Source of the DNA: Chiloscyllium plagiosum
Lineage: Eukaryota
NCBI RefSeq assembly: GCF_004010195.1
Contig: NC_057718.1
Coordinates: 43,098,395-43,162,394 of the forward strand
Length of the DNA: 64,000 bases
Direction: 5' to 3'
The translations under genes were made by a program, and so were the position numbers. Below, one piece after another: positions 38,271 to 51,548 of the stretch; the first letter of the stretch is position 1; the number at the start of each line of letters is the position of its first letter. The notes below the pieces were generated by a model. The model was not told where the DNA came from. It did no database searches and saw only the letters and a program-made list of their open reading frames with translations.

Positions 38271-40327
38271 AATATTGTTTATTTATTAAAACTAAACTGG
38301 TAGGGAAAATATACATTCTTTCGAAAACAATGTAAAGCTTCTCTTATCATAAGTAAGGAAATTCATTGCAAGCAAAGGTGTTTATCAAAAGAAAAATTGA
38401 TAATAATACATAGATCTATCTTGAACCAGTAAATAATTCATAAATATGCACGGTATTAGTGTGTTCCACTGTTACACTTAAACTCAAGTAGTAAAACCTA
38501 AGGACAGATAAAAATCAGCAGCATATAATACAATTGATTTACTTGGAATTTGGTTTCAGGAAGCCAGCGGGCCAATAATTTGTCTAAGCCTCCTCTCAGC
38601 AAAGCCTTTTTCATATAAAATAATAAAGATAAAAATATTTTAATAGTACCTTCCTTCGCTCTCTGCTGTCATCCTTCAACCAGCCCTACAAGGACATATG
38701 TTTCTAGATAGGCCAGCAGCTTGGTCCACTGGTTTTTTTTTCAAATGATTTTCCCATGAGATAATTAACAGGCCTCAATTTTTTTTATCTGAGCTACTTC
38801 CAGCTTTTTATATCTAACCCTGCATTCTCTGCTACCATGGATCACTAATGAAGAGAACGCAACAGCCGAGCCATTCCAAACTTCGTACTCGTTAGGAATT
38901 TGACTAATATGCTTTAAAGGAAGGTACAGGTCAACTAGAATTCAAACTACAACAGAGTTGAGTAGAGTGACCTGACAGCCTAAATATAAATACTGACTGA
39001 CCTTCAGTCTGAGAACACAAAATCCTGTCGCCTCAGAATTATGACAACCAAACCATTTCGCCAATGAAAGTCAGTTGACAGTTTTTAAAATTGGCAATGA
39101 CATTTTTTGTTTGATATTCAATTCTGGAATGAGCAGATTTTATTTCCACACGTTTGTCCCTGATTTTACTTTTAATAACAATTGAGTTAATCCATATAGA
39201 AACCATTTACCTACTCTCTTTATTTGAGAGGATGGCATGAAATTAGAGGCAAGTTGTTACTGTTTAATCAAAGGAAAATGTTTGTGCAGCACAGTAAACG
39301 GACAGGGATTTATCTTCTCCCTTTGCTGAGATGGATGGAGCATGACTCCATTCAATCCCACTTATTAAAATGACCACTGTAAATTGATCACCTGTGACTA
39401 TCTTTTTGTATACACTTACATATTTTGTTGAACCATTCATCAATATTTTGAGTATCTCCAAAATTTTCAGCATGGACACAATGCACTTCGAAAGAAATAA
39501 GCATCGTGAGAGATCCCACTAAAGCTATCTAGTTTTCTTGAAATCATCATGTCTGTCCAGCAGCTGATGGCTTCTCCTCTGTTTTTCCATTAAGTCCTAG
39601 ATCCCCAGGGTTCTGTCATTTTTATTTTATTTTATTGGTGGTACTACAGTCAGTGGTTCTCTGAGTTTTCTTTCCTTGCTCCATCTAAACGACACATTCA
39701 CCATCATACTTTTCCAGTTACATGGATTCCCCAATATGTCAAAATCAATATTTAATATATAACGGTGTCACCTATTCTTACTCATTCTTTCACAGGATCA
39801 CAAGTGTGTGGCACTCAGCAGCTCTTCCACTCTTTCTCACATCTACAACCTTTGGTTATAGGCTTTATTATAAAAAGCTTTTATACTCAAGGTTGGGCTC
39901 ACCTGATTGTTCATTCTCAATTTATTTTATGTACAGTGTTATAGGTGTCCAGCGCAATGAACCCTGATCCTTTACCTTGGTTTCTCACTTTTAAGAAATA
40001 AGATTAATCTTTTATTTGTTCTAAACCATCTAGTAATATTTTTTTTTAAATTATTTCACTATTCAAGTAATTTTATTTTAAAATTTGATTCGTGTGAAGA
40101 CTTAGGAACTGCAAATTAGTAACAGGAACTCTGATTGAATTTTTTTAGTTCTATATCACTGCCATCACTAATTAGTCACTTATTTTTCTCAGGATGACCA
40201 AGGAAGATAAAAAGTTGATGTCCATAAGCCTTTTGTATCTATTGCTAGTAATTTCTTAAATGTTCAAATCATTCGTATTGTTCAGTCTCAAAATGCATTG
40301 GTCAACGTATATCTAAGTATAAATTTC

Positions 40328-40946
40328 TGTTGTGATGATGCTATGGTTTTAAGAGATGTATTTTGCCCTTTTTTAAATGAAGACAGGTTGAGAGAGAGGT
40401 GATGAACAGTCTGCTCAGAGGCAATGAAGTAAACAGTTTGTGAGGCATTGGGTGTTTTCTTAAAGGTGGAACAATAGAAACAGCCCGACTGGGTGACGTC
40501 AAGCTCCCACAGAACAAAGATTTTCTGCAGTTGCTGGGGTCTTGAAGCTGGATGTGGAAGCTCTTTTTTTTTTCTTTGTTACAACTAAAAGCTGGGGTTC
40601 TCACCCTGCTACTAGAATTGCATGTGAGACAATCTATTTTACTGACTTTGTCTTTGCCAAGGGTGTGCTTATGGGATGCTACTATATTGGAACAGTTAAT
40701 GAATAGTTTATGATTTTGTTATTAAGTATTTCAGTGGAGTTACAGTTAAGCCAATTCTTTGCTTTCATTTTGTCTATATTTTAGCTACAGTGTGTGAATT
40801 AAGTGTGTTTTGCTTCCAGCCTGATAGTTTGACCAATTGAATTGCATCTGGAACACAGCACCTGTCATTTTGCCTTCAAAATAAGTTAAGATCTAGGTTA
40901 TTTCTTTGACATGTTTTGAGGGGGTTTTATCTGTCTTTAGGGAACA
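40328..40946 (+). mobile_element. Probable solo LTR
   Basis: TGTT...AACA termini, flanks tttc/ttta (3/4), about 620 bp, no coding capacity. It resembles shark LTRs from recall only. Confidence 0.45.
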
Positions 40947-42517
40947 TTTAAGAAGACTCATCACAGCAAGAAGTTAATTCTGAATTTTAAATTAATTCTG
41001 GATTAAATTTGCCATGCTACATATACATGCATTTATATTTATCTTATCTAAATGAATCTTCGCCATACACTTCAAGTAAATGTGCTGAAATGAAGAGACT
41101 AATAGAAGAAGGGATGGTAGAAAAATAATGAGGTACTGGGTATAGCCAAGAGCATGAAGCACACACCAGGGAATTCTTAAAGAAATGGTAGAGAGTAAGG
41201 TGACACTGGCAGAACTAGCTGACTGCTCATTGATAACTGAGAAGATGCATAGAAACAGAAAAGTTGCAATGAAATACTGTGAAAAATGTGGCAGAAGTGT
41301 TGAGTTGAGGAATTAAGTACTAAATTGTGTTAAGTTTGTGTTACATGTTTAAAGCATTAATGAAATGATTGAATATTATGAAGAAGCAAATTTGAAGTTA
41401 TTTGCTGCCTTAATTTACTGGATTTTAGTGAGATAATGAAAGTTATGTACCATGTTGCTTTCCACAAGGCACTTTGTAAGCATCTTATAGTAGCTTCTCA
41501 CCTCGCCTCTTTGCTGCAAGAAGAAAAATAAAATTTAACACACTGACACTTAATTCCTTGAGGAACAGGCTTCAGCATGGGACTTTAAGACCCAGAAGGT
41601 TGCCATTTTCTGGCAATATGGGTTGTCAGACACTTATCCTCATTGCCCTCTCAGTCCTGAATGAGCTGATTGGCAGCAATTGGTATGTAACCTTGCTTGT
41701 CAGGGTGACAGGGCATAGATCACCACCTATTAGAAGATAGAACCCACACACAGGAAACAAATGAAAAATTCTGTCAGTTGTCTCCAGATTAAATTGTAGC
41801 TTTGCAATTAGGTTTGCAGCAATCAAGAAACAGACACTAGCAGATTTGTGACTGGTTAAAGGGTGTGTCTAGCAGGCAAAGTTGGCTCCTTGGTGGAATT
41901 GGAGTCAGTAGAAACTGCTTTTCTTGTCTGGGAATCTTTCTTGGATAAGGGAAAAGGATGAGCTGTTGCATTGAACCCAGTGGTAGCTGCCCAGGGAGAT
42001 CAAGGCTTGGCAGTCTGTGGGAGGGAAGTTGGTAGAAATTCCAGGGATTTGGAGAGTTAGGTATGTGGGATATGGTATCAGTTCCAATTCAAAATCATAT
42101 TGTCGGATAGGCAGAATGATGCTGCTGGTTTGTGGCAAGAGGTAGTCTGTCCAGATGCCCTTTAAGTATGACTTTTGGACCTTCAACACCATGAGGTAAT
42201 GGTGGGGTCAGTGACCTCCTGCTTGCGTCAGTTCACAATTGGTTTAGCCACTTGCTTATGCATAGTTAATTAACTATCCACTGGACAGAAATGCTGCTCA
42301 TTTCAGTTCCTGTAGTTGAGACACAAATCCATGCAATACGATATGACATGTGAAGGCTTACTTAATTAGAAGCAGCAAATAAAACTAGCTCAACAGCTAG
42401 GATAAGTTCCCATAATTTGTACTGGGGCTGGATAATGGATGGACTTCCCAATGTTCTCTTTGTGAACTGGAGAATATTTTTGTAGGGAAAGGGTGGGCTG
42501 GCTAGATAACTGCCAGA

Positions 42518-42780
42518 GAAAAGTTAAGAATCAACCACGTTGCTGTGGATCAGGATTCACCTGTAGGCCAGATTTTCTCTCCTAAAGGGCATTAGTGAAC
42601 CAGATGTGTTTTTTTAAACAGTGCTTACATGGTTTATATTGCTTTTTATTCAAGACTTTTTAAAATTGAATTTGAATTTCGTCATCTGCCTGGTGCGATT
42701 AAAACCCATTCCCCAGAATATTAAGCCTCCTTGACTTCTGAATTATTCGTCTAGTTGCATTACCACTATGCTCCTGTCTT
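42518..42780 (-). mobile_element. tRNA-derived SINE (second family)
   Basis: Reverse-complement match to 18205-18507 (aatcaaccacgttgctgtgg...ttgaatttgaattt). Confidence 0.7.
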
Positions 42781-42879
42781 CCTCTATGGACTTTGCCAAT
42801 GTAAATTGCTAAATATTATTTTGAGCGAAAAAAAGTCTAGCAAATTGGAGCAAAGTCAGTGCTGTTTTTTGTATGAAAA

Positions 42880-43232
42880 TGGTGATATAGTGGTAATGTT
42901 CTTGGCCTGGGATTTTAGAGTGCATAGGTACATGGGTTCAAATCTCACTATGGCAGGAGGTGAAATTTGAATTCAGTAAAACAAAAATCTGGAATTTAAA
43001 AAATAAGCTAGTGCAAAAACTCACCTGTTTTACCCATATGCTGTTAAAGAAGGAAATGTGCCCTTATTACCTGGTCTGGCCTACACACAGTTCCCGTCCC
43101 ACAAGAATGTGGTTGACTGTTAACTGCCGTCTGAAATAACTGAGAAAACCAATCATTTCAAGTGCAATTAGAGATGGATCACCAATGCTGGGCTTGCCAG
43201 CAATGCCCACGTCCCATGTAAGAATTTTAAAA
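42880..43232 (+). mobile_element. tRNA-derived SINE (second family)
   Basis: gggttcaaatc B-box, aatgtggttgactgtaactgc body, and aatgctgggcttgccagcaatgcccacgtcccatg tail. Confidence 0.8.
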
Positions 43233-44059
43233 AGGTGCAACTTTTTAATGCATTTTAAAAATAGGTTGAAATTCTAATGCAATCTGATATAGTTTCAAAA
43301 TTGCTCATTGATCAGAAGTTTAAAAGAAGTCCCTGCTCCGAGATTGATTGGTGGAAACTTTCAAAAAGGAACTGGATACATATTTTCTTTCGGGATAAAA
43401 CATTACATTTGAGGCAAGGCAGTGATAATTTAGAACAAAAAGAAACTGTATGACAAGGTTGGGTTGCTGCACTGGTTGACTCAGTAAACATAATTTGAAA
43501 CTCAATGTATCTCATTTCAAAGATTTATGGATTCAGCCTATACAGCATTTCAACATTACAGGTTCTGTATACGCACAGAATGCACAGCAGATCAAATTCT
43601 CCCCTGAATGCAGATCGAACTAAATATGTTTACCTGCTTAGCTCTCTTACTGATCGTACAGAATGCCCCACTCATTCACATGCTCTTCACCATAACCAGA
43701 ATTCTGCATTTTGCATTACTTCCGGATACATTGCACCACTCATTGGTAATCTCTTCCATCGTAGGCACTACATTACATGGACTCCTTGTTCACTGGGGAA
43801 GTAAGTGAGCAGCTTTATACTAATGATTTTCAGATTGAACTAGCAGGCTATTCCCACGTGCCAAGGGAATCCTAATTGACCATAAATATTGCAATGTCTC
43901 ACTAAACATTACCTGCCCTATCCTAAAATAGTATGTACATTAACATAATGGTATTGACTCTATATACTTAATAACATTGGTCATACCTTACAAATGCTAT
44001 TCAGATTAATGCTCCAAAACATGTACACTGTGCATTAAGATTTTAGATCCTGGTTGTGT

Positions 44060-44320
44060 CCATCTCTATAACGTCTATCATTGGAAGCTACACTTTCAGC
44101 TGTTTAAACTCAAACCTTGGAATTTACACTCTAAACTTCTTCATCTTACTCTCCTTCTGCAAGTCATTCTTTAACTCCTACCTAGTTGACCAACCTTTGG
44201 CCATCTTTCATAATATTCCTATCTCTGTGTCTCAATGAAAAAATGTTTGATTATGTTCCCTTGAAGTACTTTAGGATGAGTTTGCAACATGAAGATATTT
44301 ATATCAATGTACTTTGTTGT
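44060..44320 (+). mobile_element. Old L2 LINE 3' end
   Basis: Diverged match to 52480-52810 and 62810-63145. Confidence 0.55.
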
Positions 44321-44729
44321 GTGTCAATGCCAGGAGCATTATTGCTGTTTAATGTTTGTAAAATAGTGTGTTCTATCTTATTGTTAATTGCAGTATCACA
44401 TAGTATCAAAGGCAGAATTCTCCACTCTCCTTGAACTATGTGGGATGAGAAAGTTGACAAAATAGGTTGAAAATGAAAAAATTAGGTTTTTGAATTTGAG
44501 AAAAAAATTCTTATTTTCCCTTTCAGATTTAAATGGTGAGTTCAGAAACTGACTAATGAGTAGTGACTTCCATGTAACATTTGCCTGAATGCTGTCATTT
44601 CTGTCCAGCTCCCAATTATCTCCTTTCCCAAGACAGGTGCCAATTCCTGACAGGAAAGTTAGAGCGGTAGATTGGAGTGGTGCTGGAAAGGCACAGCAGG
44701 TCAGGCAGCATCCGAGGAGCAGGAAAATT

Positions 44730-44757
44730 GACGTTTCGGGCAAAAGCTCTTCATCAG
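44730..44757 (-). ncRNA. Minimal hammerhead ribozyme motif (family A)
   Basis: CUGAUGA-A-GAGC-UUUU-GCCC-GAAA-CGUC: intact core, GUC triplet, one stem II mismatch. Confidence 0.7.
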
Positions 44758-44770
44758 GAGTGCTATATTC

Positions 44771-44798
44771 CTGATGAAGGGCTTTTGCCCGGAACGTC
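44771..44798 (+). ncRNA. Minimal hammerhead ribozyme motif (family A), core point mutant
   Basis: CUGAUGA-A-GGGC-UUUU-GCCC-GGAA-CGUC: perfect stem II, GAAA changed to GGAA. Confidence 0.6.
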
Positions 44799-45481
44799 GA
44801 TTTTTCCTGCTCCTCGGATGCTGCCTGACCTGCTGTGCTTTTCCAGCACTACTCTAATCTAGACTCTGGTTTCCAGCATCTACAGTCCTTGTTTTGACCA
44901 AGTTAGAGTGGTAACCTGGCGGCAGTGCTCATGGCATGTTTTCCGGACCTTCATCCAACCTTGTCTTCACCATAATGTCCCTGCATGCTCCATGGCCATG
45001 GTTCTCTTCCATCCTTCATCCAAGCAAGTTAGTGACAGCAAACTAGCAGCCTCACCAATCATTATGCTGGTTCTCATATTGACTTGCACACCATTTTAGC
45101 CCTTCAGAGCTTCATTTTGGAGCCCAGGGATACTTACGACTTACATCCTTTTGCCAAGTTGCATTGTGCACAGAGACATGCACATTTCTCATGCATCTGC
45201 ACAGGATACGTCTTTTGACTCCTAGCTTTAATCCTTAGCATTCAATCACCTTGCATTTACTTGGAGGTTGCTAGCCTCTGTGGCTTGCATTGATTTGTAG
45301 TAGGTAGCAACATGAAACAGTTCAGAGCACTGAACAGTAAAAGAGGTGGGCATATTGCTGTACAGCTCTGAGCTTTGTCAGTTTCACACCTACAGCCTGA
45401 GTCAGTTGCTTACTTGGCAAAAACAAAGCATATGTTTCAACCAAGCACCATACATGAAAATCAAAGGGAAAGTTCTTAACA

Positions 45482-45507
45482 GTGTGTGTGTGTGTGTGTG
45501 TGTGTGT
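45482..45507. repeat. (GT)13 microsatellite
   Basis: Read directly. Confidence 0.95.
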
Positions 45508-45974
45508 GGTGGGGGGATTACAGTTAATCAGATGCACCACCACAGATAGTCAAGGAGCTCATCTATTTCCTGTTCAGGGATTTGGCCATGGTCAGCCTTG
45601 CAGGTCAGAAGCAACCAGTCTGTGGATTACTGGAACATCATTTGGGATACTCAGAAGACATGGTCATGGGGGAATCATCAACATGGGATATTTCCTGCAA
45701 TGAGACAAAGGGAAGCACTAAGTATGATGAGAGTGGATGGAACAAGAGTGAGTAGCGATACAGGAAAAGGATATGTGATGACATTTTCTAGGTAAATAAG
45801 TAGGACATGCAGAGGGCAAGAAGGATTTGTAGTTTGGGAGGATGAGGTTAGCAAGAGCCTTGAGTGGACATGATGCATCAGTAATGGGCTTTGTTATCCA
45901 GGGGCCTTAGTGAGAGGCACGTGCAGTCAGAATGAATGTGAATGTGAAGTAGCACAGAGAAGATGGAGGCAGTT

Positions 45975-46205
45975 AATTTTGTGGAGAGCAGAGGATTGTT
46001 AACCTCCTTCCTAGAGGGCAGTGTGTCGTGTTTTACTGGGACATACACTGACCCCAATTTCAGTCCAGTCTGATTGTGTCTGGTGTTATGGCCTCCTTTG
46101 CCACTCAGCAGGGTACAACATTGCTTTTCTTTCCACCATGCTACCTGCCAACATCTTTAAGTCTCTGACAGCAAAGCAAGGAGCTAACTTGCCATTCTGA
46201 GCCAT
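45975..46205 (-). pseudogene. Decayed Harbinger Myb/SANT-like exon
   Basis: KLAPCFAVRDLKMLAGSMVERKAMLYPAEWQRRP*HQTQSDWTEIGVSV...RKEVNNPL fits the APxF..DL..L...R..L...W.EI...CRKK.NDL pattern. Confidence 0.65.
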
Positions 46206-49200
46206 TTCCTTGAGGGTAATACTAGAACCCCACAACGTGAAGGACACATCTGGGCTTGAAAAACTATAGAGCAGTAGTTCAAATATGGCACCAGTAACGT
46301 GAATGTTGCAAAGTCCCAGTAATGATGAGCCCTTCCGCCTCCTCTGCTACACGATTCTTCAAGACGGATGTTAAAAAGGCTGCTTATGTGTGTAGTAAGG
46401 CAAAGAGTGGACAGTTATATGAGAAATGTTGCCATGGGGCTTTGCTGATCGAGTGCCACGAGTCTCACTCATCAAAAGATTTGAACTGAAAACGGGAAAA
46501 ATCCACCTAATATTACAACTATAGAAAAGGAATAACCCATCATAGGGTTAATTTATTTCCGATTAATGTCTTAGCTGCGAGAATCATTTATGGCAGTTGT
46601 TGTGGTTCAAGAGCTGACTAAAGCAGTTGTTGAACAGTTGCTTTTCACTCTAGAGCTTTCCCACTCTCTTTAATTTGTTAAAATCATCAAGAGCTGCCTG
46701 TTTGTGGTTTTCCTCATAAATTCTGTACATCCTCTTGTTAGCAAAGTGTTGTGTACACTAAATACAAAAGCGCCTTGTGTCTTGGGCATAAATTACCTCT
46801 GTGCGTTACTGTCTCTGAATGGGCTCCCCAGTTATGGATTACTTTGTTCTAGACTTGACAGGAACATAATTAGAGCTGTTGATGAAATCTACAAAATTGT
46901 TCCTCAGTGGCTTCAATGGTTCAGAAATTCAGCACAGCTATATTTGTCAGCACCAAAGGGCTCTAAACAATTTATATTAACTATATTATTATGTACAAGT
47001 CATTATTCTTGGCTAATATTCTTTGCATTTTCTTGCTAGTGCACTTGATCTATTTGTTCACATGTAGTTTTTCAGTTTGTAATTTTTATCATGCAGACGG
47101 GGGCTAACGCAGGTAGATCGATAATGCTGATGGTTCATTTGTCTAAGTGATGCATTTTCTTTGGCTATCTCTCAGGCATGCATCCTTGTTTTCTTTTGTT
47201 TCAGTCATTATAGAATTAGCATTTTTTTTCTTCAGCAGATAAGTATTTCTCTGATCAAAACCACTTTGAATTCATGCAGTCTCAATAGAAGCAGCAGTGT
47301 AACAGGAAACCATTTCCCACTTTTCAAAAAAAAAAATATTTGGGTCTTTCATAACTGAATTTCTCATCAGCGGCACACAGTCTTTATTATATATCTTGAA
47401 GCTTTTGTTTAAAAGAAACTTAAAATATTTAGACCGAGAATACATCATGCAAATTACCATCCAACGTATTGTTCATTAATTTTGTGTGGTCTTGTTTCTG
47501 AAACATTTTCATTTATTCACATTATCGGTCATTCAGGAGGGCAGCAAATGATAATTTGAATGAAAATAATGTGCAATTGTGTTGGGAAAAGGCAGGAGAA
47601 AGGCACAAAGTCATAACACTTGTTTGGAGAGCTATTGCAGACATGATAGGCTGAATGGCCTCATTCTGTACCGTAACAGTTCTTTGATCTCATGGATATC
47701 AGGGACATAATACTTCAGTCAGTTGAATTTTTTTTGTGGTTATTAACTCTCATACATAATCAATGTTTGCCTTTTTGGTGAAGAAGGGTTAAGAAACTCT
47801 GGTATTTTCTATTAATTTGTTCCACTGTGGGAGAGCTAAACTGTGCAGAAGACAGCTGAGCTGCTGATCAACAACTTTGAGGGTCCTGACAAATTCGGTA
47901 TGTAGGAGAGAATGTGATTATTGTTTGTGCAAACTTGCATTTCAAAGGGCTGTAGTATAGAAATGGCTGTTTCCTGAAGGATGTACATTGCCGACTTTTC
48001 GGTAGTTATCATGTAATGTATAAACCAAGTAAAAATGAAAATGAAACCCAATTTAGCAGAAATTTGAAGTGGTTCACTCTAACAATTACCCTCTACACTG
48101 CTTCTTATGTGACAGTGACTGCCAGCTTGGACTTTTATCTATAAATAAAGTAAATGGGCAATATCAGTAATTCAAACTTGACCAGTTAATTTTGTGTTCA
48201 TACTGTATACAGACTTACTGCAATATTGTAATCATTGATGGATCCATTTTAGTCTTAAAGGACTTTAGAATTTCCCATTACTTTCTGCAGGGGTTGTTGA
48301 GCTGATTGTGACCTGATTCATCCAGAAAGGATTAAAGGTGCAAGAGTACAGTGAATGATCGAGTTCAATAGTGTACAGTATCCTGGCAAACATCCGTACT
48401 TGATATTGATATTCAATATATTGTAAAAGAAATAGATGGAAGCCTAGTGTCATTTTAGACATTGAATTCATTGACAAACATAACAAAAATCTTAATTTTT
48501 TTTTGTTTAAAGCAGCAATGCTTTGTGGCCCCTTCATTTCAGCTGAGAAAATGCTAACCTTGTCATATTCAGTGCAATGGTGCAGAAATGATAACTATAT
48601 GTTTTAGAAAGACATCTTATTTAAATCCTGAATACAGGCATGCCTCACATTCATTGCTACTGAAGAATTGCATATGGATTAGGAGGATGAATATTCCATT
48701 ATTTCAGTATATTGTGCTGATCTTCTTATTGGGACTTTATGGTGAAAAAAACCTGCAAGGAATTCAGTGTTTCCATCTTTGACAGTAATTTTGACTGTAT
48801 GTAAAGCACTTGATATTGTATTATTTGCGTGCTGGGGCATTTTATTTTGCTTAAATTTGCAATTGTTAACTTTCCTTAAAATACTACTTCAATATTTCTC
48901 AATATTAAAGATGTCAGTTATTACCAAAAGTAAATAATGCATATGAGAAGGAAATTTAATATTGAGCCTTACTTTAATGCTAATCCTTATTGGGTAATCA
49001 CAAAAGATGATTAAGTATTGTGTAGTTTTCACATTCCTGATTTTTATGGAGCTCTTAAGCCCATTTGTCTGTGGTTTAGAAAAAATGTAGTTAATCTTAT
49101 TTGCTTTTAAACTATGTGCGTGATCATGGGTTGAAATATCTTTATTTGTATTTCCCTCACATATGTGTTCTACATGTTTATTATGCGTTCATGATCCATA

Positions 49201-51058
49201 GGTTATCTTGAGTAGGTCTGTTGATGATTAATTGATTATAATTGATTGGAACATTTTAATCAACAAAAAATTAATCAATTAATTGACTTATTATTGAGCA
49301 GGCTGGCACAGACGTAGTTCAGTGCTGTCTACTCATTTGATCTTGTTGTTCTGATCTTATTCCTCAAAAGAATGTTCAGATTGTTGTAATAAAGTACAAA
49401 ACACAAATATTTTTTGGTCTTTTGTTTATTAGCTGAGCAAAGGGCATCAGCAATCTAAATAAACTAGAGTTTGTTCTATAGAGCCACTAGTGTATTACTG
49501 CCTTATGTAAGTGGAAGAAAATTTAGTACACAAGCAAGTTATGCCATTTTTTGAGAAATGATGTAAGGAAATCTGTTGAAGTAAAAAAGTGAAATATTTT
49601 ATGATTAAATAAATGACAGAGACTGATTAAAATAATATGCTGGAACTGTTTTAACAAGATGTCACCATATATTTTGAGATGTCAGACAGAATGAGGTGGT
49701 TTGATTGGAAATTCTTCTCACCATATATTTCTACTACCTCACTCCTCTCCTTGCTGCCAGTCATAGGGCAGCTGTTTTTGTCATTCTGCATTGGCAAACA
49801 AGAGCTCTATTTTTTGATGTTAAATGGAGCCCCTAATCAATTTACTTCACCTCTTGTTTAAAAAGAAAATGGAGTTGCTAAGAATTATAGCTGCTGGCCT
49901 GCCTAAGAGTCAATTGAATTTTGTGGGCAAAATAGCAGAGTCTAAATGTCGTTGGAGCCCTGTGCCATGTACCTGCCATCAGTCACTATTGTAAAGCAGT
50001 CTAGGCAAATAGACAAATAGGATTATAGGGCAAATACTATTCAGATCAATCTGTAAAATATCTTTTGGTGAGCTTATAGGTAAGCAAATTATTTGAAGGC
50101 ATAAAGTTGTATTATGGCTCAGTTTTACATGTAGCATCAGCCTATAGTCTCCTGTTGATGTGGTTATTCTTGGTATGTAAGCAGGGGCAGTGAATGTCTC
50201 TAGGATATTGAATCATGAGGGAAGTTGCATACTGGCACTTTCCATATGGAATCATTATATATAAATGTGGGGCAGTCTAGCTGTGAATTTTCACCTTTTT
50301 ATGTCTGGGATGCTGAAGCTAATTGGAACACTTCTCTGACACCTGGTTGAAACTTCTTAACTCAGAACATCTTGAACTGTATTGCTCAGTTACACATTGG
50401 TCAGTGCTCTTGTCAGTTGGATGAGTTGGGGAAGTACCAATCAAATTCATTAAAGTAGTGAATTATTTGAAGTTGGTATATATTTTTAATAAACTGGACT
50501 GAATTGTTTCAAAGGTTATTAATGAAATAGGGGTGAGCTTGCGTCTACAAAGCACTCTTGTTTGTCACTGTATTAATTTCAAATACATTTTATGTGTGCT
50601 ACAAATAACAGATTGAAAGTCCGTTCTGATGGTAAGGTAAGTTAAATCATTATTGATTTTCGTGATTTTTCCTTTTTATTAACCAGGTAGAAGCAATGTA
50701 AAGTATTACTGTAGTAACCCAAGATCCTGTGGCAGGTGGGATTTGTTTCGCATTTGGGAGATATATGTAAACAGTCCAAGAAGTACAAACTATGTTGAAA
50801 ATTACAAAACAACATTAATTGCCAGTGCTTATGTATGTTATTTTTCGTAGTAAGTATTTATTAGGTTTTAATAATTTAGCAGCTTGTTTTCATTTTCTGT
50901 TTTCTCTGCTAACCCCTTGCTTTTAATGACACATAACTTATTGGTCTGTTCACATAATTGAAAGGATAGTACCAGTAAGTTGCAAGCATCCAAAACTCCT
51001 GTCAGTCCCGCTCTATAATTTGCAAAAAGACGTGGGCCAGCAATAGTATGTATATGCA

Positions 51059-51165
51059 AAATGAACTAAAGAACTGCAGATGCTGGAGATCTGAAATAAA
51101 AACAGAAATTGCTGTGGGGAGAAAGCAGAATTAACACTGAGCCCAGTGGCTCTTCATCAGAACTA
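51059..51165 (-). mobile_element. Family C hammerhead-type repeat with internal deletion
   Basis: Minus strand reads CTGATGAA-GAGCC-ACTG-GGCTC (GAAA lost), then ...tttcagatctccagcatctgcagt. Possible TSD tatgtatatgca / tatatatgtgca. Confidence 0.7.
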
Positions 51166-51243
51166 TCAATATATATGTGCATGTGTCTGTTTGTCTATCT
51201 GTACCCTTCCCATGACTCTGGAAGTCTGCACCTTTCTCTTCGG

Positions 51244-51548
51244 TAGAATCATAGAATCCCCACAGTGCAGAAAGAGGCCATTTGGCCCATCAAGTCCACA
51301 CCAACTTCCTGAAGACCATCCCAACCAGACCTTCCCTATTCTTTGGCTAATTCACCTAGCCTGCCCTCCCAGGCACGTTAGCATGGCCAATCCACTTAAT
51401 CTACATATCTTTAGACAGTGAGCACCCAGATGAAACCCACTCAGACATGGGGAGAATGTGTAGACTCCACACAGACAGTTGCCCAAGCTGGAATCAAACC
51501 CAGATCCCTGGTGCAGTGAGGCAGCGGTGCTAACCACTGAGCCACCGT
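51244..51548 (-). mobile_element. HE1-type V-SINE
   Basis: Head cggtggctcagtggttagcacc, V-domain, and tail gattctatgattcta. Confidence 0.9.

Larger units (their letters stand above)
44670..44899 (+). mobile_element. Family A fold-back element with two oppositely oriented hammerhead cores
   Basis: About 90-bp inverted arms (44668-44759 / 44769-44861). TSD aagttagagcggta (44656-44669) / aagttagagtggta (44900-44913). Confidence 0.92.

Noticed and set aside
44668..44861. Pre-miRNA or classical MITE
   Set aside because: The arms are a multi-copy repeat seen unpaired elsewhere. The 14-bp TSD and asymmetric tail favour a retro-insertion, and I recognised no known mature miRNA.
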